10,113 bases of DNA from a virus (lineage: Duplodnaviria; Heunggongvirae; Uroviricota; Caudoviricetes): the IMG/VR virus record IMGVR_UViG_2574179916_000007; one strand, written 5' to 3'. A program made the position numbers and the translations under genes. Positions 6,036 to 10,113 of this stretch are shown here, in pieces. The notes beneath the pieces were generated by a model. It was not told the DNA's origin and did not search any database. It was given only the letters and a program-made list of their open reading frames with translations. Position 1 is the stretch's first letter, and each line of letters opens with the position of its first letter.

Positions 6036-6036
6036 A

Positions 6037-6888
6037 TCACTGTGCAGTTTTCGCTGATCGATTTTCAGCTCTAAATTCAAGAACCGTTTCAATATTTCTT
6101 TCCTTCAGCATATCAATAACATTTTTATTCATTTGACTATCACTGGTTAATAACTGGTAAACGTTGCTTCTCTCTTTATCAGAGTTTTCTTTAACAGCTG
6201 CTTTGCATGCCAAATGCTTATTGAAATTTTCTACATCGCTAGTACAGGAATTTACGGCTGCTGATGAAATATCAGACGCTGAAGAAACACCGTCATCCAA
6301 ACGTTTTATAGCATTTTCTATACATGAGTTAAGGGAATAAACGACAACTGAGCGATACCCTTCAGACGCACACCATTCTAAATTTCTTGAAGGATCGAGT
6401 GGTTTTACTTCGCTGGATTGAATTAACTTGTCAAAAACTGACTTATATTCAATCTGTTTTTTATCTATAGCCCATACTTCAGTAGCTGATTTATAATTCC
6501 CCGTATGCCTATTAACATCAAATCCATGTTTTATAAGCAAATCTGCCCATGAAAGATTTATTGATTCATTGTTATGAGGCCATTTTCCTGTCAGAACCGC
6601 CCCCATAGACCCCATATATCCGCCATATGATGGTATAGCACCATGGCTCAGTAACTTCTCTGCAACCACAGGGCAATTAATTACATAAGAGGCGTAAAGC
6701 CCATTCCATAAAGCCCCTCTATAGTAATCGCCACGATTAGGTTCTTTTAAGTCGATAGCCTTTGATAATTGTTCGCACGTTTTGCATGCATCAAAGTTAT
6801 CCTTATTGCATTGCAATGAACTGGCAGCTGTAGGATTTACAGAGACTATTGAAAGCACTATGCCAAAAAACAAATTTATTTTTTTCAT
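6037..6888 (-). CDS. Secreted or periplasmic protein of unknown function (283 aa), AT-rich moron at the end of the structural operon
   Basis: ATG at 6888 lies 1 nt after the TAG stop of the upstream 1065-aa gene (TAGGATG), implying coupling. The N-terminus MKKINLFFGIVLSIVSVNPTAA is a signal peptide and is not a lipobox. The mature protein has multiple Cys. The gene is visibly lower in GC than the upstream gene. Segments VAEKLLSHGA and ADLLIKHGFDVN weakly resemble ankyrin-repeat helices. Confidence 0.75.
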   Translation of the reverse strand: MKKINLFFGIVLSIVSVNPTAASSLQCNKDNFDACKTCEQLSKAIDLKEPNRGDYYRGALWNGLYASYVINCPVVAEKLLSHGAIPSYGGYMGSMGAVLTGKWPHNNESINLSWADLLIKHGFDVNRHTGNYKSATEVWAIDKKQIEYKSVFDKLIQSSEVKPLDPSRNLEWCASEGYRSVVVYSLNSCIENAIKRLDDGVSSASDISSAAVNSCTSDVENFNKHLACKAAVKENSDKERSNVYQLLTSDSQMNKNVIDMLKERNIETVLEFRAENRSAKTAQ

Positions 6889-6889
6889 C

Positions 6890-9800
6890 CTATTTCATCT
6901 GCTCTTCAACTTTATTTAGTAATGGTGATATCGCCCACAGATTCTGAAAAGGTAGCATTTTACGGACAGCGTGGGTTTGCTGGCTGTCAAATTCTCCGTT
7001 AAGTACACCATTTGCAACCGTCGCGGCATCACCGCCAAGATCAAAGGTAGGACCAAGTAAAGCACCAATAGCATTACGACTCTGAAACCTTGATACCGGA
7101 GGCGCACCAAACATCGCGCCAAGACCAAACCTACCGCCGCTTATGTTCTCAACGGTATTCAGCGGCTCAGAGAGCCAGCCAAGCATTCCGCCCCGGTCGA
7201 TCCCCTCTTTCACAAGGTTATTCCAGCTGTAGTCGATATCGCGACCGCTTAACTTCTGTTTCATCATATAGACCATTGAGCCAAGCGCAATCGTGCCAAG
7301 CGCACCAAGATAGAATGCAGCATCGCCCTGCTGGATACCAGATACTAGCACCCTGTTATGCTGTGCGAAGATAAACGTTTTGAACTGCGTGATCATCTTC
7401 CAGCCTTCTTTACTAAAAAACAGCGGTGTATCACCTACGCCAGGCGTTACAATCACTGAGTCTACATCTTTCAGCACTGCAGACTGGAAAATCTCTCTAG
7501 CGAAACGGTCATCCCACAGATGACTATGCCCGGTTAACAGCCCGTCCATATCCTCTCCGTGCTTCCCGAATTGCTCCCCGATTCGGCGCAGAACATCTTC
7601 ATTGATGCCGACCTGTGCCATCTTCCGCATTTCACTTTTGGAGAGCGTGCCACCAGCAGAAACTTGGCGAGCCGCGTCAAGTATCCTCGACTGCACTATC
7701 ATCCCAGACCATGATTTAAGTGCGCTGTTCCACTGATTCATCAGCGTCCAGTTACCGAATTTCTGCGTCATCCAGTTCAGACCTCGCTCAGCGGCGCTTC
7801 TCCGGCTATAGGGGTCAGTAAGATCCGCTATAGCCTTTGTGCGCGTAGACAGGACATAATCAAGCCCAACTGCCATTTCTCGCAAATCCCTGGTTGCAAT
7901 TTTCACTGAGTCCATATTTTTAAGCATGCTTACCATTGGTCCGAGAGATTTTCTCAGGCCATGCTGCATCATCGGTCGCATCAGATCAGTTGCAGCGGAG
8001 ACGGTCATTCCACCAAGCAAACGGAGGAAGTTAATATTCCTAGCAACTCGCCCGGCACGAACAAAGAAACTGCGTGGATCTTGAGGTGCGCCGTAAGTAC
8101 CAAGCAGTCGGTCACGCATAGCCGTAATATCCCTAATATCAGCCTCCCGTTGCTTCTCAAGAGCTGCACGTCGTTTAGGTGTTTTAGCCTCTTTTATTAG
8201 CCGGGTATATTCCTCACTAACCTGACGGATTTGCTCCCCCATATCTTTACGGCCAAACTGCGCAGTCAGCTCAATTTCTGGTGCCACCTGCCGGAGATAA
8301 CTTTCCATGATGTAGTTAACATCTGATTCAAGAAAATCTTCTATACGCTCATCAGGAATAAGCAGCGTTCGGCTTTTAGTGAAACCAGCCCGACCAACGA
8401 GTCTCTCTGGGATAATATCGGCTGGTACAAGCCCGGAAGGTGCGCCTATTATTTTATTCACGATCTCGTCAGCAGCGTCCTCTGCTTCCTCTCGGGATAG
8501 AGGCTCCATCTGCTTCAGTGCTCGCTCGCGGCTTGCATTCAGCCTTGTGGTTGAATTTGCCCGTTTTTGCAGTCGGCGAAGCTCAGAACGATATTTCCGT
8601 GGATTATCCAGCAACTCCATATGGCGCTGATAGACAGGAAGCTCACTCTTTGCCTGCGCTATATCATCAAGGCGTGTTTTAAGGTCAGAGCTTTCTTTCA
8701 TCATTCTTGCCTGAAGTTTTTCTGATGAAGTCTCGGCCAACTCTTTTTCTATTCTTGTAAGACGCGCCTGTGTGTCAGTCTCCTGAGATATAAGCTTATT
8801 TCGTTTATCCAGTTCTTCCATGAGTAGAATTTTTTTACCAGACCATTTCTCCGCTTCAGCGATTTCACTAGCGAGAGCATCAGCGCGCGGTGCTGATTCC
8901 TCTGCAGTTTTTAGCAATGAATTTATCTTTTCAATTCGCTGACCTGCTTTGTCAGCACCTTTGGCACTAATCCCTTGTATCCAGTTGGCAATTCGCCCTC
9001 TGAATTCAGTGCGGTCGGAAAGTATCTTATCGAACTTATAAATGCGGGGAAGATAACTCTTCGCCGTCACGACATCGATATCCTCAGGAAGGATCCCCAA
9101 TTCCTGCATACGGGCTTTTGTGGTCTCAAAAATGGGGCGGATTCTGGCGGCTGCTTGTGAAACCTCAGGAATATCACTCTGATCACCACGGCGCATAGCC
9201 ATGCCAACAGCTTCATTGAAATCAATAAAGTTCATCCTCTTCACGCCGCGGGCGCTGACAGATTTGCTGTACTGCTGGTAAGCATCACGAGTAGCTTCCA
9301 TCTGCTTATAAAGCATGGCGTCGTATTGCTTAATCTTAGTCTCGACTGCCGTAAACGTAGCCAACCCCTCATCATTTTTGGCGAAGAAATAGTTATTTTC
9401 GGCAAGCTGCTGGTTAATCTGACGGGAAACAAGAGATGGTGATTGCGCCAAGCGGCCAGCAGGAGTGACACTCAACGTTTTGTTAGCAAGTCCAAGTCCA
9501 GCAAGCTGTTCCTGATCGAGTGTGGTATTGAAAACCTGAGCTGCACCAATGCTTTGAGGAGAATCCATACCTCGCAAATGATTACCTACTGAGTTAACCA
9601 CTGCCTCGCGCGCGCTAGGTCCAGCAAGTAGCTGTGCACCAGCACCAAGGATCCCACCAACGAGAGCATCAACAACAACGTTCGATACGCTCTCCATCGG
9701 TGAGCGAGCTTCCTGAGTGGCCTGCAATGCGGCCTCTGAAGCAACACTGCCAGCAGCATTGGCTAAAGCAAAACGTCCGGCTGTTTCTGCAATACGACCG

Positions 9801-10087
9801 CCACGAACGACAGCGCCGAACGGAATAAACATAGAAATCGCATTGAATGGATCTGCTAATCTCATTGCTACAGAAGAGACTGTACCAGCAAATCCCAAGC
9901 CTGAATTGTATTCCATGTCAGCTCTCTGCTGATCGATTCGATGTTTAATTGCCATTGTTTCTTCATGCGAACCGGAGTTGATAAACGAATCTGCAAAATC
10001 TTCATAGCCTTTAATATCTGCTGCATCGTTATCAAATGGGTTATATCCTTCAACCCTGTTAGACTGGCCCCCTGAATCTCCAGACAA
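6890..10087 (-). CDS. Large virion-associated protein (1065 aa); candidate internal/ejection protein or tape-measure-like protein
   Basis: Uninterrupted 3.2-kb ORF. It is predominantly alpha-helical with charged coiled-coil-like central segments (for example [34 protein letters not shown]) and Gly/Ala-rich hydrophobic segments near both ends. It occupies the last position of a structural operon before the immunity module and tailspike. The start is probably TTG at 10087, 6 nt after an in-frame TGA; the next ATG is at 9955. No catalytic motif was recognised. Confidence 0.8.
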   Translation of the reverse strand: MSGDSGGQSNRVEGYNPFDNDAADIKGYEDFADSFINSGSHEETMAIKHRIDQQRADMEYNSGLGFAGTVSSVAMRLADPFNAISMFIPFGAVVRGGRIAETAGRFALANAAGSVASEAALQATQEARSPMESVSNVVVDALVGGILGAGAQLLAGPSAREAVVNSVGNHLRGMDSPQSIGAAQVFNTTLDQEQLAGLGLANKTLSVTPAGRLAQSPSLVSRQINQQLAENNYFFAKNDEGLATFTAVETKIKQYDAMLYKQMEATRDAYQQYSKSVSARGVKRMNFIDFNEAVGMAMRRGDQSDIPEVSQAAARIRPIFETTKARMQELGILPEDIDVVTAKSYLPRIYKFDKILSDRTEFRGRIANWIQGISAKGADKAGQRIEKINSLLKTAEESAPRADALASEIAEAEKWSGKKILLMEELDKRNKLISQETDTQARLTRIEKELAETSSEKLQARMMKESSDLKTRLDDIAQAKSELPVYQRHMELLDNPRKYRSELRRLQKRANSTTRLNASRERALKQMEPLSREEAEDAADEIVNKIIGAPSGLVPADIIPERLVGRAGFTKSRTLLIPDERIEDFLESDVNYIMESYLRQVAPEIELTAQFGRKDMGEQIRQVSEEYTRLIKEAKTPKRRAALEKQREADIRDITAMRDRLLGTYGAPQDPRSFFVRAGRVARNINFLRLLGGMTVSAATDLMRPMMQHGLRKSLGPMVSMLKNMDSVKIATRDLREMAVGLDYVLSTRTKAIADLTDPYSRRSAAERGLNWMTQKFGNWTLMNQWNSALKSWSGMIVQSRILDAARQVSAGGTLSKSEMRKMAQVGINEDVLRRIGEQFGKHGEDMDGLLTGHSHLWDDRFAREIFQSAVLKDVDSVIVTPGVGDTPLFFSKEGWKMITQFKTFIFAQHNRVLVSGIQQGDAAFYLGALGTIALGSMVYMMKQKLSGRDIDYSWNNLVKEGIDRGGMLGWLSEPLNTVENISGGRFGLGAMFGAPPVSRFQSRNAIGALLGPTFDLGGDAATVANGVLNGEFDSQQTHAVRKMLPFQNLWAISPLLNKVEEQMK

Positions 10088-10113
10088 CCAATATCACTTA
10101 AATAAGTGATAGT

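Noticed and set aside
5349-6092. Minus-strand ORFs 5349..5534, 5632..5844 and 5841..6092
   Set aside because: They are antisense to the membrane-protein and small-peptide genes or run through terminator hairpins; the products are low-complexity and there are no ribosome-binding sites.
6916-10053. Ten short ORFs (61-94 aa) on both strands within the 1065-aa gene
   Set aside because: All are nested in or antisense to a long, continuous, protein-like ORF. Their translations are Arg/Ser/Leu-rich, typical of out-of-frame reading.
1-10113. CRISPR array, insertion sequence/transposon, integrase or attachment site
   Set aside because: No spaced direct repeats, no terminal inverted repeats flanking a transposase-like ORF, and no recombinase-like translation in any frame. 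The only recurring repeats are the operator motif and the terminator hairpin.

Overview
The window reads as a mosaic accessory and immunity region of a temperate enterobacterial phage or prophage. On the minus strand, a 1065-aa alpha-helical virion-type protein gene (6890..10087) is followed one nucleotide later by an AT-rich gene for a secreted protein (6037..6888), and a tailspike gene lies at 172..2301. Between them is an immI-like module: a Bro-N/Ant-type antirepressor (4138..4829), two overlapping downstream genes (4951..5277 and 5204..5752, the second a membrane protein), a small signal-peptide ORF (5846..6007), a LexA-box-controlled small gene (2497..2754) homologous to the Ant C-terminus, and a convergent, translationally coupled two-gene operon (3274..3693 and 2778..3284) that looks like a toxin-antitoxin or abortive-infection module. 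The best-supported regulatory signal is a perfect inverted repeat TTACC-N5-GGTAA present three times, each just upstream of a plus-strand gene. The top candidate for an undescribed system is the coupled two-gene operon, with the operator-controlled antirepressor circuit second. All homology statements come from reading the translations and from memory of family motifs; no database search was run. No tRNA, rRNA, CRISPR array, integrase or transposase was seen. A stop codon at 10094..10096 suggests the last 20 nt are the 3' end of another minus-strand gene, too short to call.
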